From the NCBI GenBank assembly GCA_951406725.2, contig OX597832.1, positions 47,988,001-48,052,000 on the forward strand: 64,000 nucleotides of DNA, in the 5' to 3' direction. Both the position numbers and the translations under genes were made by a program. Under the pieces are notes generated by a model, which was not told the origin of the DNA, made no database searches, and saw only the letters and a list, made by a program, of their open reading frames with translations. The stretch comes from Octopus vulgaris. Taxonomy: Eukaryota. The number at the start of each line of letters is the position of its first letter. Within the stretch, counting starts at the first letter, position 1. Below, piece after piece: positions 1-12,401 of this stretch.

Positions 1-663
1 ACAGACAAAGGGATTAAGCTGATTATATCGAAATCAGTGCATTACTGGTACTTATTTTAATCGACCCTAAAAGGATGAAAGGCAAAGTCGACTTCGGTGG
101 AATTTGAACTCAGAACGTAACGGCAGATGAAATACCGCTAAGCATTTCACTTGGCGTGCTGATGGTTCTGCCAACTCACCACCTATTTCAAATATCATTC
201 CGACTAACCGTGGTTTGCAGTCTCAATCTGTTTGCTCTGCTGTTGAGGTCTTAAGAGAGGTTGGTCTTGTTCAGCCTAGGTTTGCTTTTTTGACCTTATC
301 ACCATGCATGGTAAACTTTCAGTATTGTTGCTCTGAGTAAGGTGGCCTTTCATGTGTTTCTACGCTCTGAGTTCAAATTTCACCAAGATCGACTTTACCT
401 TTCATCCTTTCGGGGTCGATAAAATAAGTACCAGTCGAATGCTGGGGTTCACTGTAATTGTTTTGTCCCCTCCCCCAAATTACTGACCTTGTGCCAAAAT
501 TTGAATCTCAATATTATTGCTTTCTGTCATTGGACCATGCATGCTTATCCACTGTGTCAAGGAACAGTCATCCGAGAGATGCATCATCTCCGTTGCATTT
601 AAATAGAAATCAGCAAGGGTTGCTTAAAGGATAATCAACAATACCAGCTGCAACAGCAGCAGC

Positions 664-1020
664 AGGAGGTGCAATGGCCCCAGTGGTTAGGGCAGCGGAC
701 TCGCGGTCGGAGGATCACAGTTTCGAATCCCAGACTGGGTGTTGTGTGTGTTTATTGAGCGAAAATGCCTAAAAGCTCCATGAGGCTCCGGCAGGGGATG
801 GTGGCGACCCCTGTTGTACTCTTTCGCTCACTCTTTCTTCCTGTTTCTTGTCCCCGACTTCCTACGCAACCGCTGAGCCTGGATGCGCATTCATCCATCC
901 GTCGATGCTCTCGGTGTCGGGGGTTGACCTGCTTTCTCTTCTGCGGGTCTTACGAATAGCAAAGGACCACGCTTCGGACTTCTCCCAGGCACTCAGCAAA
1001 CAAACAAACAGGCAAACAGA
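664..1020 (+). mobile_element. tRNA-derived SINE family C; relatives at about 2603-2860, 9380-9600, 11710-11990 (-), 24388-24676
   Basis: tRNA-like head tggccccagtggttagggcagcggactcgcgg...ttcgaatccc and (CAAA)n tail. Confidence 0.8.
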
Positions 1021-1139
1021 CAGCAGCATCAAGGTAGTAAAAATACAAATGCAGGTTTTGTTACTGGTGTGTCATTGTAAGTTTTGAAATGTATTCTGTA
1101 AGAAATTTGAAATGATGTTGCAGTTGTCTGTATATTGAC

Positions 1140-1478
1140 ATCATCAACATCATCGTTTAACGTCCGTTTTCCGCGCTAGCATGAGTTGGACGGTTCGACC
1201 GGGGTCTGGGAAGCCAGGGGCTGCACCAGGCTCCAGTCTGATCTGGCAGAGTTTCTACAGCTGGATGCCCTTCCTAACGCCAACCACTCCGCGAGTGTAG
1301 TGGGTACTCTCTACGTGCCACCTGCACAGGTGCCGGGGGGGGGGGGGGGTCCGGCATCGGCCACGATCGGTTGGAGCTTTTAACATGCCACCGGCACGGG
1401 AGCCAGCCAAGGCGGCGCTGGCAACGGCCACGTTCGGATGGTGCTTTTTATGTGCAACCGGCACTGGAGCCAGTCGTG
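1140..1478 (-). mobile_element. Retroposon 3' end, family D; also at about 6861-7030, 13075-13345, 40265-40420, 49608-49660
   Basis: Recurrent catcatcgtttaacgtccg..ttccatgctagcatgggttggacg, i.e. a (GAT)n tail on the minus strand with variable 5' truncation. Confidence 0.75.
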
Positions 1479-2859
1479 ACATAGCTGTTACATTTCTAAA
1501 ATTGTACCCATTTGAGTTTTTTCTGTGTTTTGTGAAACATTTTCACTACCTACAGCAGCCGAAAATTTATTTTCTGATTTGCAAACAGGCCAGGGTAGTA
1601 TCTAATCTACCATACTCTCTGGTATTAGTCAATCACAATCACATTTTGTGCGTCTTTCATCCGCAATAAACACACACACACAAACATACACTCACACATT
1701 TTCTCTGTTTCTCTTTTTATGTGTATACAGGCTTCATACCTATGCACACACAAAACCTGTGCATGCAAGCTGTCCCCTTAGGCAAAGGTTGCTTTGGAGG
1801 CTTTTAAGAAAAAAATTTGTGCTCATTTCAGAAACTTGACGTGGTAACATATATTACCTATCTCTCCACGTGTGTGTGTGTGAGTGTATGTGTTTGTGTC
1901 TGTGTGTGTGTGGAGAGAGAGACACGCATACACACAAACTTACATATTTATCTATCTATCTATCTATCTAGAATGTCTCATCCAATAACACACATCCCTA
2001 CTACATACCTTTTCTCACTTTGCCTTCCCTCCTCAGCCCTGACACACACACACACACAACTGCCCTGCCCAGCTCCCTATCCTATCTTCCCTTTCTGTTC
2101 CAATTATCTCACTCATTATGGCACTGCATTACTCAATCCCCTTCCCCTTCCACTTCTTTCTCCTCTTCTCCCTCCTCCCCCCCCTTCATCTTCTCATCAG
2201 TATAGGATTGTTGAAAGTGATGCTAGCTAAGTGATATAAACCCCTTTCTAGTTACACACACAGCATTGCTTTATGAAATGGATAGAGTTATACTAATGAA
2301 GCTGCTTGGAGGTTGTAGAGGTGGGAAGAAGAGCAACCATGTGTGTGTGTGTGTGTGTGCATAGTTACCTAGGGTATAGAGGTAAGCTTTCTCTGGGTAG
2401 TATCAGAAATCCAGTTTCATTTTCTGGTTGCAGCTATTTCATTTTGCTTAAATCATTAATGATGCTGGCTTATGGCATGAGCACCACATACTCTCTTTTT
2501 CCCCTCCCTCTCTCACTACTAGCAGATGCTTTATATGACTGTGCAAAGAAGGTAAAGAGTATTTAATAAGAAGCAATATGTGTGTGTGTGTGTGTGTGTG
2601 TGTGGAGACATGTGGCTTAGTGGTTAGGGTGTCAGCACCATGATCGTAAGATTGTGGTTTCGATTCCTGGACCGGGCGACGCGTTGTGTTCTTGAGCGAA
2701 ACACTTCATTTCTCGTTGCTCCAGTCCACTCAGCTGGCAAAAATGAGTAACGCTGCGATGGACTGGCGTCCCGTCCAGCTGGGGAATACATACGCCATGG
2801 AAACCGGGAAACCGGACCCATGAGCCTGGCTAGGCTTTAAAAGGGCACATTTATTTATT

Positions 2860-2882
2860 ATTTGTATGTATATGTGTATATG

Positions 2883-2919
<37 letters not shown>

Positions 2920-3193
2920 ATATATGTATATATATATGTGTGTGTGTGTGTGTGTATGTATATGTATATATGTGTGTGTGTATATATATGTATATGTATA
3001 TATATGTGTGTGTGTGTGTATATATATGTATATGTATATATATATGTGTGTGTGTATGTATATATATGTATATGTATATATATATGTGTGTGTGTGTATG
3101 TATATGTATATATATGTGTGTGTGTGTATATATATGTATATGTATATATATGTGTGTGTGTATATATGTATATGTATATATATATGTGTGTGT

Positions 3194-3226
<33 letters not shown>

Positions 3227-3678
3227 GTGTGTGTGTGTGTATATATATGTATATGTATATAAATATGTGTGTGTATATATATGTATATGTATATATATAT
3301 GTGTGTGTGTGTGTATATATATGTATATGTATATATATATGTGTGTGTGTATATATATGTATATATATGTGTGTGTGTGTATGTATATGTATATATATTG
3401 TGTGTGTGTATATATATGTATATGTATATGATAGTATGTATGTGTGTATATATATATATGTATATATATATGTATATGTGTGTATATATGTATATATGTG
3501 TGTATATATGTATATATATATGTATATGTGTATATATATATATGTGTATATGTGTATATATGTATATGTATATATATATGTATATGTGTATATATATATG
3601 TATATATATATATATGTATATGTGTATATATATATATGTATATGTGTATATATATATATGTATATGTATATATATATA

Positions 3679-3709
<31 letters not shown>

Positions 3710-3745
3710 GTGTGTATATATATATATATATATGTGTGTGTATGT
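2860..3745. repeat. Compound (TA)n/(TG)n microsatellite, about 890 bp
   Basis: Direct inspection. Confidence 0.98.
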
Positions 3746-4129
3746 ATTACTTGGTTCAATCATTAGATTGTGGCCATGCTGGGGCACTGCCGTGAAGAAG
3801 TTTAGTCAAATGAATCAACTGCAATACTTCTATTTTCTTAAGCCTGGTACTTCTTCTATTGGTCACTTTTGCTGAACTGCTAACCTACTTGGGTGTGAAC
3901 TCACCAACATCAGGCTTTAGTCATTCACAAGGCTTTGGCTTTCTCGAGGCTGTAGAAGAAAGTTTCCCATGTTGCTACGCAGTGGGACTGAACCAGGAGC
4001 CATTAGATCGGGAAACAAATGTCTAACCATACAACCACTCATATATAATATATGTTGTTGCTATTATGCAAAAGTGTCGTAAATCCAAAAGGTTGCTTTT
4101 TCAGAAAACGAAAAAATAGTTTCACCATA

Positions 4130-4547
4130 GGCGCAGGAGTGGCTGTTTGGTAAGTAGCTTGCTAACCAACCACATGGTTCCGGGTTCAGTCCCACTGCGT
4201 GGCATCTTGGGCAAGTGTCTTCTGCTATAGCCCTGGGCCGACCAATGCCTTGTGAGTGGATTTGGTAGACGGAAACTGAAAGAAGCCTGTCGTATATATG
4301 TATATATATATAAGTGTGTGTGAATATGTTTGTGTGTCTGTGTTTGTTCCCCTAGCATTGCTTGACAACCGATGCTGGTGTGTTTACGTCCCCGTCACTT
4401 TGAGGTTCGGCAAAAGAGAGCGATAGAATAAGTACTGGGCTTACAAAGAATAAGTCCCGGGGTCGATTTGCTCGACTAAAGGCGGTGCTCCAGCATGGCC
4501 GCAGTCAAATGACTGAAACAAGTAAAAAGAGAGAAAAAGAGAAAGAG
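4130..4547 (+). mobile_element. tRNA-derived SINE, family A (dominant repeat of the window)
   Basis: ggcgcaggagtggctg..tggtaag (A box), ggttcagtccc (B box), internal microsatellite, gtaaaagag tail. More than 15 full or partial copies in the window. Confidence 0.9.
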
Positions 4548-4853
4548 ATTCCATTTCTCTTTACATTAGCAAGAGTTTCAGCTTAACAATAATAATGCTT
4601 TGTTGGGTGTATAAAATCGTAACGCCATGCATGTCTGATATTTTCAGTCAGAAATATTTTTGTAAAACTGTCATATGTTGAACTTATTACGCTGTCGAGA
4701 AATGCTAAACTGTTGTACTACACCTTGACAATTTTTGATATCTTGGCATCTGAAGTGGCTGGAGATACGATAGTTTGACAAAAAGAATAAATATTGGGAA
4801 AAAAACGCATTTGGCCAAATTTGGATATACGACAGTTTAACATAATAGTAATG

Positions 4854-4900
<47 letters not shown>

Positions 4901-5290
4901 TTTACTTGTTTCAGTCATTTGACTGTGGCCATGCTGACATTATCTTGAAGGGTTTTTGTTGAACAAATTGACCCTAGGACTTATTATCTTTTGAAGCCTA
5001 GTACTTATTCTATTGGTCTCTTTTGCTGAATCGCTATGTTATGAGAACGCAAACACACCAACACCAGTTAATATATATATATATATTAAATGGCAGTGCC
5101 CCAGCATGGCCACAGCTCGTGAGCTGAAACTAGGTAAAATTTAAAAGGAAAAAATATTATTGGCTATGTGGTGAACTTTGTCTTTCATCCTTTCTGAATT
5201 GATAAAATTAAGTTCCAGTTAAGTACTGAAATTTATGTAACCAAACTACTGCACCCCCCCACCTCTCCTTGACTCCACCCCCACCTCTGT

Positions 5291-5686
5291 TTACTCTCTT
5301 TTACTCTTTTACTTGTTTCAGTCATTTGACTGCGGCCATGCCGGAGCACCGCCTTTAGTCGAGCAAATCGACCCCCAGGACTTATTCTTTGTAAGCCCAG
5401 TACTTATTCTATCGGTCTCTTTTGCCGAACCGCTAAGTGACGGGGACACAAACACACCAGCATCGGTTGTCAAGCAATGCTAGGGGGCAAACACACACAC
5501 ACACGCACATATATACATATATATGACGGGCTTCTTTCAGTTTCCGTCTACCAAATCCACTCACAAGGCTTTGGTTGGCCCGAGGCTATAGTAGAAGACA
5601 CTTGCCCAAGGTGCCACGCAGTGGGACTGAACCCGGAACCATGTGGTTGGTTAGCAAGCTACTTACCACACAGCCACTCCTGCGCC
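5291..5686 (-). mobile_element. SINE family A
   Basis: Reverse complement of 4130-4547. Confidence 0.9.
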
Positions 5687-5790
5687 TTTTTTTTTTGTTT
5701 GTTTTTGTTTTATTTTTTTTTTTTTTGGCCTTGTGCTTAAATCGGAAATATTATTATGATTCTAATTGCTGTGGTTTTCTTTGATTTCAG

Positions 5791-5871
5791 AGCCGTGTCC
5801 CTTCAGCTACATCTTCTCATCCATCTGCTGGCAAGAAGTTAAAAATCGACAAAGTCCCTGCCAAATCATGA
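5791..5871 (+). CDS. Candidate last coding exon of an unidentified upstream gene (SRVPSATSSHPSAGKKLKIDKVPAKS*)
   Basis: Branch-like ttctaat plus ttttctttgatttcag acceptor, non-repetitive GC-richer sequence, NLS-like KKLK. Reading frame and product not established. Confidence 0.35.
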   Translation, partial: SRVPSATSSHPSAGKKLKIDKVPAKS

Positions 5872-6432
5872 CAAGCCCCTTCTTCTTGATGAGGCGAATC
5901 CAGATGAAAACTTTTTTCCTTTTGAAAATGACACGGCCGAGGATGGGGTGGGGGGCAGGGCAGCAGGCCAGCCGGCTGGCAGACAAACGGACAGGAAGGA
6001 CGAACAGACAGAAACTGATAGACGGTAGCACTAGTGGTGGCTGATGAAAAAAAATGAAATATGAACAAAGCCTCACCTTGTGGTTACCTTACTTTACCTT
6101 TACCTATCTGCGCAAGAACCTGCTTGTGGATGGGATGTTTATCTACATCGTTCGCATACATAAAAGTAGGAAGAGATGAAGAGAGGAAAGGAGGCAGAAG
6201 ATGTACAGCATGTCGTTGACAGTAAAGAAAAAAAAAAGGAAAAAAATGTGAAATTTGCGTGTCGGTTTTCATCTGCGATTTGGCAACGAGCCTGCTTCTC
6301 TCTTATTTTTTTTTTTTTTTTGTAAAATGTGTGAATGTGGTAGGAAGGGTTCTGGCCAATCCTTGCAAATGCTTAGTCTTAACTAATGTCTCATATATAC
6401 ACACACATAAACATTATAAATGTGTTTGTGTG

Positions 6433-6475
<43 letters not shown>

Positions 6476-7296
6476 TGGAGTAAACACATAAATGTGAAAC
6501 AAGGTGGAAAAAAAGAGTACTCAAATACCAGTGGTAGAGTAATATGCTTTATTTAAAGCAGCAGAAAATTCACCAAAACCTGTTACTCTGAGTTTCCCGA
6601 CGAACGGCAATGGGAAACTCAGAGTAACAGGTTTTGTTGAATTTTCTGCTGCTTTAAATAAAGTATATATATATATATATTGGAAGGTTTGGAGATGATG
6701 TACAGGCATTTTATATTAGAAGAAATGAGGTACTCAGAAAATAGGATGGTTTTATATTTACAGATATTTATTTGTATATTACATGTTTTTATGCATCATA
6801 TAACTTAGATCATGTATTAGCGCTTTCTCCCATTCTGGTGGGGTTTTCAAATCAAACTAATCATCATCATCATCATTTAACGTCCACTTTCCATGCTAGC
6901 ATGGGTTGGACGGTTCACCTGGGGTCTGGGAAGCCCGAAGGCTGCACCAGGTCAGTCAGATCTGGTGGTGTTTCTACAGCTGGATGCCCTTCCTAACGCC
7001 AACCACTCCGTGAGTGTAGTGGGTGCTACACTCACGGAAGCACTAATACATGATCTAAGTTAAAACATGTAATATACAAATAAATATTTTTAAATATAAA
7101 CCATCTGATTTTCTGAGTACTTCATTTCTTCTTATATATATATATACCGGAGTAAACACATAAATGTGAAACAAGGTGGAAAAAAGAGTACTCAAATACC
7201 AGTGGTAGAGTAATATGCTTTATTTAAAAGCAGCAGAAAATTCAACTAAACCTGTTACTCTGAGTTTCCCGTTCCCGTTCGTCGGACAGATTTTGC
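6476..7296. mobile_element. Penelope-like pseudo-LTR fragments in direct and inverted arrangement within (TA)n
   Basis: 6476-6600 is repeated at 7147-7270. Near-perfect hairpin 6547-6663. A second inverted pair at about 6712-6820 / 7043-7136. Hammerhead-like motif present. Penelope assignment is inferred. Confidence 0.55.
7245..7296 (-). ncRNA. Variant minimal type I hammerhead ribozyme motif
   Basis: UCUGU CCGACGA ACGGGAACGG GAAA CUC A GAG UA ACAGG: stem I, palindromic stem III and GUA triplet are present. Core deviates (U4 to C). A second copy lies at 6597-6631 (+). Confidence 0.55.
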
Positions 7297-7333
<37 letters not shown>

Positions 7334-7946
7334 AATATAATATGTGTGTGTGTATTATGTATTTATATATGTATATAAAATATTATGTATGTATGTGTAT
7401 TATATGTGTATGTATGTATTTATATATATGTATATAAAATATTATGTATGTATGTATATAGATATATGTAAGTATATATATATATATGTGTGTGTATGTG
7501 TGTATATATGGTCTTGTTTATCTTGGTTGTGTTTTCAAAGTCTGTGGGGGTGGTCGTTGGATTGTTGCAGTCCAGCTCAGCAAGCCATTGTTAGTGGTTG
7601 ATTTTTTTTTTTTATTTAAAAAATTTTTTTTTGTTTACATTTTTTGGGGTTTTTTCTTTCGTTTTTGTTGTTTTATTTTTTTTTACTTTTATGAGGGTGG
7701 GGTGGGGGTTGCGTTCTTTTTCTTTTGTTTTTGTTTTTTTTTCAATTCATTATTTATTTAATTTCGAAACACTCTTATCTTATTCTCTTTTTCAAATTTT
7801 GTATTATAAAAATTGAGGGGTTGTGGGTTGGGTGGGGGGAAGGGGTGCTGTCAAAATGTAAAAGGGAGGGAAAAGCTCTCACAATATGTTGCTGTTTCTG
7901 TTCTTATTTCCATTTTTGTTTGGTGGGGAAGTGGAATGGGGGTATG

Positions 7947-8222
7947 GTCTTCCTCTTCTTCCTCCTTTTCTTTTTCCTCTTCTTCTTCTTCCCCTTCCTC
8001 TTCTTCCTCCTTTTCTTCTTCTGCTTCCTCTTCCTTTTCTTCTTCCTCCTTTTCTTCTCCTTCTTCTTCTTCCCCTTCCTCTTCTTCCCCTTCCTCTTCT
8101 TCCTCCTTTTCTTCTTCTTCCCCTGCTTCTTCCCTTTCTTCTTCTTCTTCTCCCCCTTCTTCTTCTTCCCCTTCTTCTTCTCTCCTTCTTTTCCTTCTTC
8201 CTCTTCTTCTTCCTCCTTCTTC
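7947..8222. repeat. (CTT/CCT)n polypyrimidine tract
   Basis: Direct inspection; similar tract at 18450-18866. Confidence 0.95.
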
Positions 8223-8722
8223 CAAGTACAACACATACTTTGTGTGTGTGTGTATACATATATAAAACATGGTGCAGTATGTATATAAATATAGCATGAG
8301 AAAGAAAATGTGTGGGTGTGCATGTATGTACAATTTTACTTTCATGCATATGTAAAAGTACTTAAATTTGTGTGCGTATGTGTGTGTGAGAGAGAGAGAA
8401 CATATATAAATTATGATGGAGTATATGTGTGTATCATGTAAGAGAGACAGAAAATGTGTAAATCTGTATGTATGTATATATACAATTTTAATGTTATATA
8501 TATATATATTTAAAGGTACATAAATTTGTGTGTGTACCTATATAATTTATGGTGCAGCTCTGTACGTCTGTGTGTGTGTGTGTGTGTGTCTGTCTGTCTG
8601 TATGTATGTATATACACCCAAAGGCATTGCTAGTTGATTAGCCAGTTTGATTGGCGTTCAGTAGGTCCTAGGTTCAAACCTCACTGGATGGACGGCACTT
8701 GTCGTTCAAAGGGCCAACCTTG

Positions 8723-8753
<31 letters not shown>

Positions 8754-8884
8754 TTTACTCACATACACATACACACACTGCATTGCATTGAGTTTGCTTG
8801 AGAATTACATTGAGGGGAGACTTCTCTGTGGAATACTCAACCACTTGTACACCCATCAATGAGAAAATGGTTCACTAGATCATA

Positions 8885-9046
8885 GGCGCAGGAGTGGCTG
8901 TGTGGTAAGTAGCTTGCTAACCAACCACATGGTTCCGGGTTCAGTCCCACTGCGTGGCATCTTGGGAAAGTGTCTTCTACTATAGCCCCGGGCCAACCAA
9001 AGCCTTGTGAGTGGATTTGGTAGACGGAAACTGAAAGAAGCCTGTC

Positions 9047-9096
<50 letters not shown>

Positions 9097-9289
9097 GTTT
9101 GTCCCCCTAGCATTGCTTGACAACCGATGCTGGTGTTATTACGTCCCCGTCACTTAGCGGTTCGGCAAAAGAGACCGATAGAATAAGTACTGGGCTTATA
9201 AAAGAATAAGTCCCGGGGTCGACTTGCTCGATTAAAGGCGGTGCTCCAGCATGGCCGCAGTCAAATGACTGAAACAAGTAAAAGAGAGT
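8885..9289 (+). mobile_element. SINE family A
   Basis: Near-identical to 4130-4547. Confidence 0.9.
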
Positions 9290-9615
9290 AGATCGGTCTT
9301 ACTATAATACTCATCTTCAAAATCGACAGAGGTCCATATACACCTTTTATGTGTATATAAAGTGTTTGTATGTTTGTGTGAAGGCACATGGTTCAGTGGT
9401 TTAGAGCGTTGGGCTCACAATCATGAGGTAGTAATGAGTTCAATTCCTGGACTATGCTGTGTGTTGTGTTCTTGAGCAAGATACTTCATTTCACATTGCT
9501 CACCTGTAGAAATGATTTGCAATGTCACTGGTGCCAAGCTGTATTGGCCTTTGCCTTTCCCTTGGATAACGTCGATGGTGAGGAGAGGGGAGTCTGGTAT
9601 GTAGGGGCAAACTAA

Positions 9616-9848
9616 GGCGTTGAGCTGGCAGAAACGTTAGCACGCCGGGCGAAATGCTTAGCGGTATTTCGTCTGCCGTTACGTTCTGAGTTCAAATTCC
9701 GCCGAGGTCGACTTTGCCCTTTATCCTTTCGGGGTCGATAAATTAGGTACCAGTTACGCACTGGGGTCGATGTAATTGACTTAATCCCTTTGTCTGTCCT
9801 TGTTTGTCCCCTCTGTGTTTAGCCCCTTGTGGGTAGTAAAGAAATAGG
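9616..9848 (+). mobile_element. tRNA-derived SINE family B; other copies at about 1-185 (-), 340-520, 13880-14170, 23523-23660, 28430-28600, 54500-54730 (-), 60530-60710 (-)
   Basis: gagttcaaattcc B box followed by gccgaggtcgactttgcc..tcctttcggggtcgataaa. The 23523 copy has an 11-bp TSD aggttactgaa. Confidence 0.85.
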
Positions 9849-10349
9849 TATGTACGGGGGAAAACCTTGCCTGGACTTGTGCCTCGGAAGATTAACTTCC
9901 TAGGTGTAATCTCATCGTCATTTACGACTGAAGAGGACCCTTTCCTTTATATGTATGTGTATATATGTGTAAATGTATGGAGAAAGAGAGGGTAGGAGAT
10001 GGACATACCGCACACTACAAGATGTGAATTGCAAGCTACAATTTCATTGGGAATTACTAGCTGGGTTTTTGTTAAATCCCTCAAATTGATAATACTCACA
10101 GGCACCCATATTTATGCTACTATAATCAAACACACACACACTCACACACGGAGTCCTGTGTAAAGACCTGTGTTGTGACAAGACCCTACTTAGAAATAAC
10201 TCTGTGAATCAGAACTAATTACAACAGTATATACTACTGTTACTACTACTACTACTATTACTACTGCTACCCAGGAGTCTTGGTGTGGTTACTTGACCTG
10301 CTAGAAATAGCAACCAATCTTCTCTCGACTCACACGTACCTTGGCAAAG

Positions 10350-10595
10350 GATATATATGTATATATATATATATGTATGTATGTATATATATGTATATGT
10401 ATGTATGTATATATATGTATGTATATGTATGTATGTGTATGTATATGTATGTATATGTATGTATGTATATGTATGTATATGTATGTATGTATATGTATGT
10501 ATATGTATGTGTATGTATGTATATGTATATATATGTATGTATATGTATGTATATGTATATGTATGTATGTATGTATATATATATATGTATGTATG

Positions 10596-10626
<31 letters not shown>

Positions 10627-10698
10627 GTATATATGTATATATATATATATATGTATATGTATATATATATATATGCATGTATATATGTATATGTATAT

Positions 10699-10729
<31 letters not shown>

Positions 10730-10740
10730 TATATATATAG
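10350..10740. repeat. (TATG/TA)n microsatellite
   Basis: Direct inspection. Confidence 0.98.
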
Positions 10741-11662
10741 ACATGTCCATGTATGTTCTTTTGAAGCTGGGTGGTTCGCTCTGTGGCTGTTCTCCATTTT
10801 CCACCCTTGTGGCATTCGTCTGATCGACAGAGAGAATGAATGGATGCATGAAAAGTATGATCTGAAACTCAGAGTAGTCACAAAGGTGACACCATCATCC
10901 GTGAATAAATAAGCTCTTCCACGGCGCATTGAGTACTATTCCTCCCATTTGCGTACACACACACACACACACACATTCACGCACGCATACGCGTTGTGTA
11001 TGTGTCAAAATTGCTTTTACTTATCTGTCTATCAATCTCTATCCAGTCTGTCTCACTCTTAATTATTGTTTACGTTTGTTTCCTATTTTTTTTTGTTTTT
11101 GTTCTTTTTTTTGTTTCTGTTTTTTTTTTTTTTTTTTTTTTTACAGTTGTAGGAGGGAGGGAGGGTGGGTGGGGGTGTTGGAGAGTAACCATAAAAAATT
11201 TTAGCTTTATTATTATTATTATTATTTTGCTTCATCGTCTTATCAACCATTTATCATTACCGCATCGTCATCACCACCACCATCATCATCATCATCGTTA
11301 TCATCATCGTCGTCGTCATCATCACCATCACCGCCGCCGCCACCATCATCATCTCTTATTATTGTTATTCAGAAACTCATCATCATGATTCATATAAGCC
11401 ATCACCATCACCAATCATCAACTCCACTATTTCAGCTGTTCTTCAACAAAGAGAAAATACAAATAAAGACTCTATCAATCAAAGTGAGAAAAAGAAGACT
11501 CAATAAATCCAATGTACTTATTTCTCTGTTCTCCATTCATTGTTTTATTTTTCTTTGTTCTGTTTTCAATACTACACACACACACACACACACACACACT
11601 GTGACTAAGACCACTTCTTAAAGACATTTCATTGTGAGAAATATTTTACGTTTGGTCATATA

Positions 11663-11707
<45 letters not shown>

Positions 11708-12366
11708 CACACGTGACCGACCAGACCATCAGATGTTGTTACACATCACTGGTTACAATGCGTTCGCATTGTTTTAGCCTTCAAATGACGCCACCCCGCT
11801 GGCTAAGCGAGCAGGCCAACAGAAGAAAGAGTGAAAGAAAGTGTGGTGAAATAGTACAGCAGGGATCACCACCCCCTGCCGGAGCGTCTTGGAGCTTTTA
11901 GGTGTTTTCGCTCAATAAACACTCATAACGTCTGGTCTGGGAATCGAAACCGCGAGTCTGCTGCTCTAACCACTGGGCCATTGCGCCTCCACATACATAT
12001 ATATATATATATATTATTATTATTATTATTATTATTTAGTACGTTTATATATTTGTTGTGCAAGATTTTTTTATGTGAAGTCGTGTGTTGAAACAGATAT
12101 TGTTATATTTCGGAATGGTAATTTTGCCAGTTTAGCCTCAGACCAACCAAATAAGAAAGAAGAAAACAAAGGACCACTGATGCGGTCACAGGAGTGTGAC
12201 AAAAGAACTCTGGCCGAAATAAGATTAAGTTTAATGTAAAAAATAAATAACACTGAAGCAAAGTAACACCAACTATATAGTGCGTGTGATTTTATTGGCT
12301 AAACTGGCAAAATGACCATTCCGAAATATAACAATATATTATTATTATTTTATTTATTTATATATC

Positions 12367-12401
<35 letters not shown>

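Noticed and set aside
664-740. tRNA gene
   Set aside because: tRNA-like head continues into a SINE body and tail and is multicopy; no clean cloverleaf or terminator.
2858-3875. Long YI/HT/CV-rich ORFs
   Set aside because: Translations of TA/TG microsatellite that lack stops by construction. The same applies to 10280-10929, 26052-26574 and 27042-27407.
7725-8349. Poly-Glu, Lys/Arg, Ser or Phe ORFs in all six frames
   Set aside because: CTT/CCT simple repeat; no splice or domain support.
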